From Spirochaetia bacterium (GTDB lineage Bacteria; Spirochaetota; Spirochaetia; CADAEX01): a stretch of DNA of 64,000 nucleotides. The stretch spans positions 32,001-96,000 of the forward strand of contig JAZURI010000003.1 in the NCBI GenBank assembly GCA_045606105.1, written 5' to 3'. The notes below the pieces were generated by a model. It was not told the DNA's origin, searched no databases, and worked only from the letters and a program-made list of their open reading frames with translations. Both the position numbers and the translations under genes were made by a program. Position 1 is the stretch's first letter; every line of letters starts with the position of its first letter. This document shows, piece by piece, positions 1 to 8,536 of this stretch.

Positions 1-436
1 CGCTGCTCTTGAGTTTCTTCTTCAGCTCATCGTTGGCATCCCTGCGGATGTTTCTGATTGCAACACGGCTGCTTTCGGCAATGTTCTTTGCCTGTTTTGC
101 CAGCTCTTTTCTTCTCTGCTCTGTGAGAGGAGGAATGTTCAATCTGATAACCTTTCCGTCATTGTTCGGATTGAGAGACAGGTCTGACTGGAGAATTGCT
201 TTTTCGATATCCTTCATGATGCTCTTGTCCCAAGGCTGGATTGTTACCAGTCTTGCCTCAGGAACAGAGATTGTTGCCACCTGGTTGAGTGGTGTAGGTT
301 TTCCGAAATAGTTAACAGTGACTTTATCAAAAAGTGATGCAGAAGCCCGTCCTGTTCTGATTGCGCCAAGCTCTTCAGTCAGGGCAGCAATGGATTTTTT
401 CATTTTTTCTTCTGTTTTAGCTTTTACTGTTTCCAT
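1..436 (-). CDS. frr: Ribosome recycling factor (partial, runs off window start)
   Basis: Manual translation from ATG at 436: [32 protein letters not shown]..., with RRF motif IRTGRA; directly downstream of tsf. Confidence 0.95.
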   Translation of the reverse strand, partial: METVKAKTEEKMKKSIAALTEELGAIRTGRASASLFDKVTVNYFGKPTPLNQVATISVPEARLVTIQPWDKSIMKDIEKAILQSDLSLNPNNDGKVIRLNIPPLTEQRRKELAKQAKNIAESSRVAIRNIRRDANDELKKKLKSS

Positions 437-454
437 AGTTATCTCTTTTCGGAA

Positions 455-1297
455 TTAAGCATTGTCACCAAGTCTGTAGTAAACGTATTCAACGATTTCA
501 AGCTTTGTGCCTGCAGCTTTTGCAGTTTCGGCAAGAACCTGTGATACCTTCTTCTTGTCATCCTTAACAAACGGCTGCTCTATGAAACAGATTTCAGCAA
601 GGTGCTTGTTGAGTTTTCCCTTGATGATTCCTGCGATTACGTTGGCCGGCTTGTCCAGACCTTCAGCCTGCTTTGTGAAGATTTCTTCCTGCTCCTTGAT
701 GTACTGTGGATCAACCTTGTCTGCTGAGAGAGCTACAGGGTTGAAAGCAGCAATGTGGAGAGCACAGTCGAAAGCAAATGCCTTTACAGCTTCGTTTTCG
801 AATGCAGCCTTGTCTTCTGCCTTGAATTTTACGATAACACCGATGTTTCCCACACCGTGTACGTAGTTGATTGCATATTCGTTGTCAGCAACGTCGAGAA
901 CTGTGAATCTTGCAAGAGCCATGTTCTCCTTGATTGTTGCGATAGCTTCCTTAACCATAAGCTCAAGCTTTTCTGTGATGGCTGTAGCGCCTGATGCAAG
1001 GATTTCATCTGCAATTTCGTTTCCGAGAGCGATGAATTTCTCGTTTCTTGCAACAAAGTCTGTTTCGCAGGAGAGCTCCAGGATAACTGCCTTTCCGTCC
1101 TTGATAACTGTGAAGATCTTTCCTTCTTTAGTTGCTCTTTCACTTCTTTTTGCTGCAGCTGCAAGTCCCTTTTCCTTGAGGATCTTCACTGCTTTTTCGA
1201 AATCGCATTCTGCTTCGATGAGAGCCTTCTTGCAGTCTCCCATTCCTGCTCCTGTCTGATCTCTGAGCTTTTTTACATCGGTAGGTTTGACTTCCAT
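455..1297 (-). CDS. tsf: Elongation factor Ts
   Basis: VKKLRDQTGAGMGDCKKAL N-terminus and ELSCETDFVA motif. Confidence 0.97.
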   Translation of the reverse strand: MEVKPTDVKKLRDQTGAGMGDCKKALIEAECDFEKAVKILKEKGLAAAAKRSERATKEGKIFTVIKDGKAVILELSCETDFVARNEKFIALGNEIADEILASGATAITEKLELMVKEAIATIKENMALARFTVLDVADNEYAINYVHGVGNIGVIVKFKAEDKAAFENEAVKAFAFDCALHIAAFNPVALSADKVDPQYIKEQEEIFTKQAEGLDKPANVIAGIIKGKLNKHLAEICFIEQPFVKDDKKKVSQVLAETAKAAGTKLEIVEYVYYRLGDNA

Positions 1298-1312
1298 ATA
1301 TATTCTCCTATC

Positions 1313-2218
1313 TTATTTGTCTTCGTAGTATTTGTCTTCTTCGATTCCGTCGTCGTCATCCTCGTCTTCTTTTTCTTCTGACTCTTCAGGAATGTAGTTT
1401 GAATAATCTTCGGTTGTGTATTTTCCGCCCTTTGATTCTTCAGCAGCTTCTTCTTCAGCTTCATCTTCTGTCTTTTCGGCAGCTTCTTCACCCATGATTT
1501 CGTCATCCTGGATGTTTTCGATTACCTGAAGACCGATTTCGTTGTCAGCTTCGATAACTGCGTTTGCAATGATCTGTGTGAAAAGTGTGATAGCTCTGAT
1601 AGCATCGTCGTTGCCCGGGATAGGGTAGTCGATACCTTCAGGGTTACAGTTTGTATCTACGATAGCTACGATAGGAATGTGACACTTTCTTGCTTCTGCA
1701 ACAGCGATTGCTTCCTTCTTTGTATCGATGATGAAGATAACTCCAGGGAGATCCTTCATGTCCTTGATACCGCAGAGGTTCTTCTCAAGCTTTACCTTTT
1801 CTTTGAGAAGAAGAGCTACTTCCTTCTTTGTAAGGCTTTCGAATGTACCGTCAATTTCCATCTTTTCGATTTTTTTGAGGCGAAGAATTGATTTTTTGAT
1901 TGTTGCGAAGTTTGTGAGCATACCGCCGAGCCATCTGTTGTTAACATAGTACATGTTACATCTTTCGGCTTCTTTCTGTACTGCAAGCTGAGCCTGCTTC
2001 TTTGTACCGATGAAAAGAACGGATTTTCCGTCTTTTACTGTTGATCTGATGAACTCATAAGCATCCTTGATGGCTGTTATGGTCTTCTGAAGATCGATGA
2101 TGTGAATTCCGTTGCGCTCTGCAAAAATGAACTTTTTCATTCTTGGGTCCCAACGTTTTGTCTGATGTCCGAAATGAACACCGGATTCCAGCAGATTTTT
2201 CATTGTTACTACTGCCAT
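1313..2218 (-). CDS. rpsB: 30S ribosomal protein S2 with acidic C-terminal tail
   Basis: [19 protein letters not shown] and PGNDDAIRA motifs; start set at ATG 2218, preceded by AGGAGG. Confidence 0.97.
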   Translation of the reverse strand: MAVVTMKNLLESGVHFGHQTKRWDPRMKKFIFAERNGIHIIDLQKTITAIKDAYEFIRSTVKDGKSVLFIGTKKQAQLAVQKEAERCNMYYVNNRWLGGMLTNFATIKKSILRLKKIEKMEIDGTFESLTKKEVALLLKEKVKLEKNLCGIKDMKDLPGVIFIIDTKKEAIAVAEARKCHIPIVAIVDTNCNPEGIDYPIPGNDDAIRAITLFTQIIANAVIEADNEIGLQVIENIQDDEIMGEEAAEKTEDEAEEEAAEESKGGKYTTEDYSNYIPEESEEKEDEDDDDGIEEDKYYEDK

Positions 2219-2284
2219 TTTTTCCTCCTGATTTACGGTGCTTTTCACCGTTCCGTCTCTTTTTCTCGTATCTCGCTCTGAAAG

Positions 2285-2872
2285 TCAGAGTCCGACCGGA
2301 TAATGATTTTCCTGTATTATAGTAAAAAACTTTCTTAATGGCAACCCTATGACATTACTGTAGGAGCCGATAATTTTCTCCACCAGCAGTGCTCCCTTGT
2401 GCTGTATGCGGTAAGCACCTGCCGCCCCTTCCCATTCGCCAGTGGAAAGATACCATTTTATTTCTTCCTCTGAGAGGGATGCGATCCTGACGGTTGTAAC
2501 ATCGGAAGCAGAAAGTACGGTTCCTGTTTCACGGTTCATGAAGGCTACTCCCGAAATTACCTGATGCTCCCGTCCCGAAAGCTGCCGGAGAAAGCTTTCC
2601 GCTTCGGTTATGTCCCTTGGTTTTCCCATGGGCTTTCCGTCAAGGATAACAAGTGTGTCGGCAGCCGCTATCCATTTTTCGGGTCTGGTCCTGTTGTCGG
2701 CATGGGACTGCAGCGCCTTCCTGACCGCCAGCTCCTCTATTTCCTTTTCAGGCTCCAGCCAGGGAATGGTTTCGTCTGTCTGAGCCGGAATGCAGATGTG
2801 GGGAAGTCCGATTTCGGTGAACATTTCGTCCCGCCCCTTTGACCTTGATGCAAGTATGATGGTTTCGTTCAT
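2285..2872 (-). CDS. maf: Maf-family nucleotide pyrophosphatase
   Basis: IILASRS, AADTLV..GKP, AGAYRIQ and SNVIGLP motifs. Confidence 0.9.
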   Translation of the reverse strand: MNETIILASRSKGRDEMFTEIGLPHICIPAQTDETIPWLEPEKEIEELAVRKALQSHADNRTRPEKWIAAADTLVILDGKPMGKPRDITEAESFLRQLSGREHQVISGVAFMNRETGTVLSASDVTTVRIASLSEEEIKWYLSTGEWEGAAGAYRIQHKGALLVEKIIGSYSNVIGLPLRKFFTIIQENHYPVGL

Positions 2873-2950
2873 GAAGATAATCTAACAAAATTTAAAAAAA
2901 TTTCATAGGTGTGTCATTATTTGAGACACCGGACACTTTATATAAGATGT

Positions 2951-3196
2951 ATGATATCGAAACCCGGAAACAATCTCAGGATGCTGAGAAGAAGGAAAGG
3001 GCTGCTCCAGAAGGAACTGGCAGATCAGTCCGGTGTGGAACTAAGGACAATCCAGAGCTACGAACAGGGTAATAGAGAACTTGATAACAGTGAACTTGAA
3101 AATGTTCTCCGTCTGGCCATAGCTCTTGATTGTGCGGTATCAGATCTTCTTTCGGATGAAAAGCTGAAGGAACTCTGCAGGAAGGCCCGGCTCTGA
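2951..3196 (+). CDS. XRE/HTH_3 transcriptional regulator (about 81 aa)
   Basis: LRMLRRRKGLLQKELADQSGVELRTIQSYEQGNR...LAIALDC is a typical XRE helix-turn-helix. Confidence 0.85.
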   Translation: MISKPGNNLRMLRRRKGLLQKELADQSGVELRTIQSYEQGNRELDNSELENVLRLAIALDCAVSDLLSDEKLKELCRKARL

Positions 3197-3208
3197 CCGG
3201 GTTTTTTT
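3186..3208 (+). terminator. Probable intrinsic terminator overlapping the XRE gene stop
   Basis: CCCGG-ctctga-CCGGG followed by T7. Confidence 0.65.
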
Positions 3209-3226
3209 GTCATATTTCAGGGATTT

Positions 3227-3318
3227 GCCAAACACCCGAATAAAAAATCGCCAACTTACCGAATGAAAAAACGTCAGATACCCGAATGAAATCTTGCCAG
3301 ATACCCGAATGAGGTGTA
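3227..3318. repeat. Four degenerate tandem 23-bp direct repeats (consensus approx. GCCAGATACCCGAATGAAAAA)
   Basis: CCGAA core at 3236, 3259, 3282 and 3305 (exact 23-bp period), with a fifth partial core at 3323. Confidence 0.85.
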
Positions 3319-3414
3319 AGAACCGAAAAAAGTTTAAATTTTGGGGTTTCCGTAATGGTATCACTTCGGGAAAAGTAGTATATATATCTTATACTTTTTA
3401 TAAGAGAGGCAGCT

Positions 3415-4317
3415 ATGAAATTATCAAGTCTTATCAGGGAAGAAAATATCATTATCGGCAGCAATGTTTCTACCAGGGAACAGGCGATAGATGAAATGTA
3501 TTCTCTCCTGGCAAAGCGCTACAGACATGAACTCAGCGGCGTAAGCGATCCTTATAAGAACATCATGGAGAGGGAGAGCCTGGGCGGTACCGTTTTTCCA
3601 AGCGGAATAGCTATTCCCCATGCCCGTCTCGATAACTTTGACGATCTTATCATTTCCATTCTCATCCCGGCAAAACCGGTAAGGTGCGATAATGTGGAGG
3701 TACGTATCTTTGTCCTTATTCTTACATCAAAGACAGTTTCCAATACCTATCTCAACACTCTTGCAACCTTCATGAAGCTTTCCAGGAAGAAGGAGCTTTT
3801 CGGTGAATGGGCATCCTGCAGGGAGCCTGAACTCATGAAGAAGTTCTTTGACGACAACGACATAAGAATCAAGGAAGTAATTACTGTGGAGGATATCATG
3901 TCCACCGATGTTGTTACGGTAAGACAGGAGTCCACCATCAGGGAGCTTATCGATATTTTCTACAAGCACAATCTCGGATTCCTTCCGGTGGTCAATGACG
4001 AGGGGAACCTGATAGGAGAGGTGAACATCATGGCTGTCCTTCAGAAAAGCATTCCCGATTATGCGGCCCAGATGGCCAATCTCAAGTTCCTCAGCAGCTT
4101 TGAGCCTCTGGAAAGGCTTTTCCGCGAAGAGGACGAGGTTAAGGTGGCAGAAATCATGACTCCTCCTACCATTGTATTTACAAAGGAAGATACCCTTTTT
4201 GCCGCCACCATGGATTTTATCAGTAACCAGCGCCGTCACATTCCGGTGGTGGAGGGGAAGAAAATCGTGGGAATAGTAACTCTCAAGGATATTCTCCAGA
4301 AGGTTCTGAGGGGGTAG
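3415..4317 (+). CDS. PTS EIIA(Fru/Ntr)-like domain fused to a CBS-domain pair
   Basis: ERESLGGT...GIAIPHAR phospho-His motif; C-terminal VEDIMSTDV...LPVVNDEGNLIG and IPVVEGKKIVGIVT CBS repeats. Confidence 0.85.
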   Translation: MKLSSLIREENIIIGSNVSTREQAIDEMYSLLAKRYRHELSGVSDPYKNIMERESLGGTVFPSGIAIPHARLDNFDDLIISILIPAKPVRCDNVEVRIFVLILTSKTVSNTYLNTLATFMKLSRKKELFGEWASCREPELMKKFFDDNDIRIKEVITVEDIMSTDVVTVRQESTIRELIDIFYKHNLGFLPVVNDEGNLIGEVNIMAVLQKSIPDYAAQMANLKFLSSFEPLERLFREEDEVKVAEIMTPPTIVFTKEDTLFAATMDFISNQRRHIPVVEGKKIVGIVTLKDILQKVLRG

Positions 4318-5597
4318 TGATGTCTCTCATTATTGTTTCTGCTGCAATTTTTCTGGTTGTATACATATTCATCTCAACAGAGCTGATGAACAAGACCATA
4401 GTTGCCCTTTTCGGTGCCGCCGTTTATCTGGTGCTCCGGATAATAGACAGTGATGTGGCCTACGGTATCATTGACTGGAATGTTATTTTCCTTCTGGTAA
4501 GCATGATGATAATAGTGGGTATAACCAAGGAGACCGGTGTTTTCCAGTATGTGGCGGTAAAGGCTGCCAAGGCGGTGAAGGGTGAGCCGGTAAAGATCCT
4601 GATAATGCTTTCCATCATCACAGCTGTTTTTTCCGCATTCCTGGACAATGTGACCACAGTACTTATCATTGCGCCGATTACCATCCTCATTGCTGTTGAG
4701 CTTGGTATCTCGCCGATTCCGTTCATTATAAATATAGCCCTTGCTTCAAATATCGGCGGTACAGCCACTCTTATCGGAGACCCGCCAAACATCATGATCG
4801 GAAGCAAGGCCGGGTTCTCATTTCTGCAGTTCCTGGTGGTTCTGGGACCTCTGGTTCTGTTTCTTCTCGGTTTTTTTTCTCTTCTTCTCTGGATTATTTT
4901 CAGGAAAAGCCTCAGGGTTTCCCATGAAAGAAAGGCCAGAATCCTGGAATTTGACGAAAAGAAAGCCATTGCCGACAAGAAACTGCTGATAAAGTGCGGT
5001 TTTATCATGGGGCTGGTCATTACAGGCTTCATCCTTCACGGGGTGCTTCATCTGGAGGCTTCGGTTATCGCCCTTTTCGGTGCCACCCTTCTCATGGTCA
5101 TTTCGGGAAAGAAGGATATAGATGAGATTGTGAAGGATGTGGAGTGGGGAACAATCCTGTTCTTTGTGGGACTTTTCATCATGGTAGGGGGACTGGTTGA
5201 AACCGGTGCCATCAAGCTGGCCTCCGAAAAGCTTCTGGCTATCACAGCAGGTGATGTGGAGAAGACCTCGGTTCTCATGATCTGGGCTTCCGGTATTTTC
5301 TCTGCGGTGGTGGATAACATCCCTTATGTTGCAACCATGATTCCTATGGTCTCAGAAATGGAAGCAGCCATGGGAAGTGCAGCCATTGCTCCTGTATGGT
5401 GGTCGCTGGCCCTGGGTTCCTGTCTCGGAGGAAACGGTACCCTGGTGGGCGCCTCTGCCAATGTTGTGGCTGCAGGTATTGCAGGGAAGAGCGGTTTCAA
5501 GATCACATTCTGGGAATTTACCAGATACAGCTTCCTGATAATGCTGCTTACATTGCTGTTTGCCAACATCTATATCAAGTTGATTTTTTTTATGTAA
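4317..5597 (+). CDS. ArsB/NhaD-family (IT superfamily) ion transporter
   Basis: SAFLDNVTTVL, ASNIGGTATLIGDPPN, SAVVDNIPY and LGGNGTLVGASAN motifs; many TM helices. Confidence 0.88.
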   Translation: MMSLIIVSAAIFLVVYIFISTELMNKTIVALFGAAVYLVLRIIDSDVAYGIIDWNVIFLLVSMMIIVGITKETGVFQYVAVKAAKAVKGEPVKILIMLSIITAVFSAFLDNVTTVLIIAPITILIAVELGISPIPFIINIALASNIGGTATLIGDPPNIMIGSKAGFSFLQFLVVLGPLVLFLLGFFSLLLWIIFRKSLRVSHERKARILEFDEKKAIADKKLLIKCGFIMGLVITGFILHGVLHLEASVIALFGATLLMVISGKKDIDEIVKDVEWGTILFFVGLFIMVGGLVETGAIKLASEKLLAITAGDVEKTSVLMIWASGIFSAVVDNIPYVATMIPMVSEMEAAMGSAAIAPVWWSLALGSCLGGNGTLVGASANVVAAGIAGKSGFKITFWEFTRYSFLIMLLTLLFANIYIKLIFFM

Positions 5598-5618
5598 GGT
5601 GTTATACTGTAAACAAGT

Positions 5619-6227
5619 ATGCAGAAAATTATCGCGGCTGTGAACAGAAAGGCCGAGGAGCTTCTGAGAGAATCAAGGAGAAAGGCTATACATGCCCTTA
5701 TCGCTTTTGTTCCTCTCATTGCATTCCTCAGCATGAATCTGGCAGCAGTTCTTTTGCTGTCAGGTATTGTGGTTTATGCCTGGTCTGAATTTGCCCGTCT
5801 TGAGGGAAAACGCATTTTTATCATCTCGGATATAAAGGATCTTGTTTTCAGGAAACAGGATGTAAACCGTTTTGCCATGGCTCCCGTAACCCTGGCTCTC
5901 GGTGCACTCTGTTCTCTTTTTCTTTTCGAGCCTCAGATTGCGGCCGCATCCATATATTCCCTGGCTTTCGGTGACAGCTTTGCATGCCTCATGGGAAAAA
6001 GCTTCGGAAAGACAAGGATTCCCTTTGCCGGCGAAAAGACCTATGTGGGCTTCATGTCCTGCTTCGTTACCGTGTTCTTCATCACCTACGGAATGTTCGG
6101 GATGAATCCTCTCCTGGCGGCTGCCGCAGCCCTGACTGCAGCCCTGGCCGAGCTCATGCCTGCCGGAGATTATGACAACCTTATCCTTCCGTTAGCGGTA
6201 GGAACTGTCCTTTCTCTTCTTATCTGA
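5619..6227 (+). CDS. Polyprenol/phytol/dolichol kinase-like (CTP_transf_1) membrane protein
   Basis: RRKAIH, LAFGDSFACLMGKSFG, EKTYVG and DNLILP motifs. Confidence 0.8.
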   Translation: MQKIIAAVNRKAEELLRESRRKAIHALIAFVPLIAFLSMNLAAVLLLSGIVVYAWSEFARLEGKRIFIISDIKDLVFRKQDVNRFAMAPVTLALGALCSLFLFEPQIAAASIYSLAFGDSFACLMGKSFGKTRIPFAGEKTYVGFMSCFVTVFFITYGMFGMNPLLAAAAALTAALAELMPAGDYDNLILPLAVGTVLSLLI

Positions 6228-6251
6228 AAATTATCTGAAAAAATCTGAAAA
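6222..6251. repeat. Triple ATCTGAAAA micro-repeat at the end of the kinase gene
   Basis: Copies at 6222, 6233 and 6243. Confidence 0.55.
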
Positions 6252-6317
6252 ATTTTTACTCCTGTAGCATTAGATGACACACCTGTGACACTATTATTGA
6301 CTTAACAGGAGTTAAGT

Positions 6318-6719
6318 ATGAAGAAATTTACATTTTGCGTATGTCTTGCGGCCGCTGCGGCCCTGAGCCTCTACCTTTCATGTACCACCTACAATGGCAC
6401 TGCGGGTCCGGCACCCCATATTTCAGGAATGTATCTCCTTGCCCATCCCTCCGATGTAAGGGAAACCTCTCTATTTGCCCCGGGAGAAAAGATCTTTATT
6501 GAATTCTCTGCCAGTGATTCCGATATGGATATACGGAGGGTGATTATCAGGACAGACGAGGATATTTTCATCTCACTTCCGCCCCAGCCCGAAGAGGAAG
6601 CCCTGTACTATGTATCGGTTCCCGGCCTTGAAAAAGGGAAGCACAGAATCAGCATTTCCGTTGAGGACAGTGCAGGAAACAGGAGCAATGCAGTGGCGGG
6701 AAACGTAACGGTCAGATAG
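6318..6719 (+). CDS. Putative lipoprotein with an Ig-like beta domain
   Basis: MKK + hydrophobic stretch + LYLSC lipobox; beta-rich, ending VEDSAGNRS; AGGAG SD upstream. Confidence 0.65.
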   Translation: MKKFTFCVCLAAAAALSLYLSCTTYNGTAGPAPHISGMYLLAHPSDVRETSLFAPGEKIFIEFSASDSDMDIRRVIIRTDEDIFISLPPQPEEEALYYVSVPGLEKGKHRISISVEDSAGNRSNAVAGNVTVR

Positions 6720-6784
6720 TATACTTCTGTTTAGTATCCTTGGGTTTTTAGTCTTTTTTCTCCTATTAAATATAAAAAAAAAGG

Positions 6785-6866
6785 TTGACAATTTTCTCTG
6801 CCTAACCTAATAATTACTTAAGTGGTAAATTGTGGTAAATTTTGGTAGAAAGGTGGAGAAAGTAGG
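6785..6866 (+). promoter_or_regulatory. dcw promoter with MraZ-type GTGG direct-repeat boxes
   Basis: TTGACA at 6785, AT-rich -10 near 6808-6814; GTGG/TTGG repeats at about 10-bp period (6822, 6832, 6842, 6853). Confidence 0.75.
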
Positions 6867-7297
6867 TGATTTTTTCTAATAATTTGGATGACAAGGGGAG
6901 ATTGATGCTTCCTGCCAAATTGCGCTCCGAGATAAAAGGGAATACTCTGGTCATTACCCAGAGCATAGACCGTTGTCTTTGGGTATTCACCGCCGACAGA
7001 TGGGCTGAGGTTGTAAAAAGGATTACCGAAGCTTCATCCATGCTCCAGTCCAAGAAAAGAATCATGATGCGTCGTATCCTGGCTCCGGCTCAGGAGGTTG
7101 AGATTGACAAGACAGGGCGTATCAACATTGCTCCTACACTCAGGGAATATGCGGGACTTTCCAAGGAATGCCTCATCTACGAAATGAACACAGTTATCGA
7201 AATCTGGGATAAAAAGGTTCTTGAGAAATTTGAGGAGGAGGAGCAGGCTGTCATCAAGGAAGCATCTGAGGATCTCGGACAGTTTGTTCTTATTTAA
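6866..7297 (+). CDS. mraZ: Division/cell-wall cluster repressor MraZ
   Basis: LDDKGRLMLP and IDKTGRINI DxxGR repeats; IEIW. Confidence 0.93.
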   Translation: MIFSNNLDDKGRLMLPAKLRSEIKGNTLVITQSIDRCLWVFTADRWAEVVKRITEASSMLQSKKRIMMRRILAPAQEVEIDKTGRINIAPTLREYAGLSKECLIYEMNTVIEIWDKKVLEKFEEEEQAVIKEASEDLGQFVLI

Positions 7298-7298
7298 T

Positions 7299-8240
7299 AT
7301 GGAAATTGTTCATTATTCTGTATTGAAAAACGAAGTTCTCTCATTCCTTAAGCCTGACAGGCCGGGACAGCTGTTCGTGGACTGTACCACCGGCGAAGGG
7401 GGCCATTCCGAGGCTCTGCTTAAAGCTTATCCCGATATCAGACTTATCTGTCTTGATGCCGATTCCTCCATCATGGGTGTTGCAAAGGAAAGACTGGCCG
7501 GATATTCAGACCGGGTCAGATTCTTCAATACATGGTTCAATCATTTTTTTGCCTCCTATCCTCTCGGTGATGAAAGACCTGACAGGATTCTTTTCGACCT
7601 GGGAATTTCCACATATCACTATGAAAAATCGGGCAGGGGATTCTCCTTCCGCAAGGATGAACCTCTGGATATGCAGCTGGGAAGCGACCTGAGAACAGGA
7701 GCCGGTGATCTGGTAAACACTCTCAGTGCCGAAAAGCTGGCAGACATTATCTACAGATTCGGTGAGGAGCGTTATTCAAGGCGTATTGCCAGAGCTGTGG
7801 AAGAGGCCCGTAAGACAGAAGAGATCAGAACTTCCGCAGCCCTTGCGGATATAGTATACAGAGCGGTACCTGAAGCATACAGGCACGGAAAGATCCATCC
7901 TGCCACAAGAACCTTCCAGGCACTCCGCATTGCAGTGAACAGCGAGCTGACAAGGCTGCCTGAGGCCCTTGACAAGGCTCTGGAAATCCTTGCACCCGGC
8001 GGAAAGATGGGTGTCATAACATTTCATTCCCTGGAAGACAGGATCGTGAAGCAGTTCTTCAAGGAGAAGGAAAAGGATTGTATCTGTCCTCAGGAAGCAC
8101 CGAGATGTACCTGCGGCCGGAATCACAGGCAGGTGAACATAATCACAAAGCATCCTGTGGTACCGGGCGAAGAGGAAATCAGGGAAAATTCCGCATCCAG
8201 AAGCTCCAAGCTGAGAGTGGCGGAAAAGGTGGCCGTATGA
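7299..8240 (+). CDS. rsmH: 16S rRNA m4C1402 methyltransferase
   Basis: HYSVL, DCTTGEGGHS, DLGIS, TRTFQALRIAVN, ITFHSLEDRIVK. Confidence 0.96.
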   Translation: MEIVHYSVLKNEVLSFLKPDRPGQLFVDCTTGEGGHSEALLKAYPDIRLICLDADSSIMGVAKERLAGYSDRVRFFNTWFNHFFASYPLGDERPDRILFDLGISTYHYEKSGRGFSFRKDEPLDMQLGSDLRTGAGDLVNTLSAEKLADIIYRFGEERYSRRIARAVEEARKTEEIRTSAALADIVYRAVPEAYRHGKIHPATRTFQALRIAVNSELTRLPEALDKALEILAPGGKMGVITFHSLEDRIVKQFFKEKEKDCICPQEAPRCTCGRNHRQVNIITKHPVVPGEEEIRENSASRSSKLRVAEKVAV

Positions 8241-8536
8241 AGAAACACAGAGGATTTGTAATCATAGGAATGGTAATGGTCCTGGTGGGAATGTTTGCAA
8301 TAAATGTTTACCAGGGATACAGATATGAGCGTTCTCATTTTGTTGCCAGAATGAATGAGAATGAACAGGAAAAATGGTTTGAGAAAAACAAGGAGATGCT
8401 GTCGGTGCTTTCGGTAATGAATCAGAATGTCAGTTCGGCAGCATCTGAAATGGGTTTGTCCGGAACAAGGCCGGGACAGACGATACTGATTGAAACAGGG
8501 AGCCGTGAAGAATCGAATGGAGAGTGGAAAGAATGA
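8237..8536 (+). CDS. ftsL: Probable cell division protein FtsL
   Basis: Small protein with one TM and a coiled-coil between rsmH and murF; ATGA overlap. Call rests largely on position. Confidence 0.6.
   Translation: MKKHRGFVIIGMVMVLVGMFAINVYQGYRYERSHFVARMNENEQEKWFEKNKEMLSVLSVMNQNVSSAASEMGLSGTRPGQTILIETGSREESNGEWKE

Noticed and set aside
436-455. pyrH missing between tsf and frr
   Set aside because: rpsB-tsf-frr is the usual arrangement in Treponema and Borrelia; a lineage trait, not a novelty.
1313-1520. Acidic low-complexity tail of RpsB
   Set aside because: Acidic S2 extensions are widespread.
3227-3318. Possible CRISPR array
   Set aside because: Units are contiguous and degenerate with no unique spacers, and there are no cas genes in the window.
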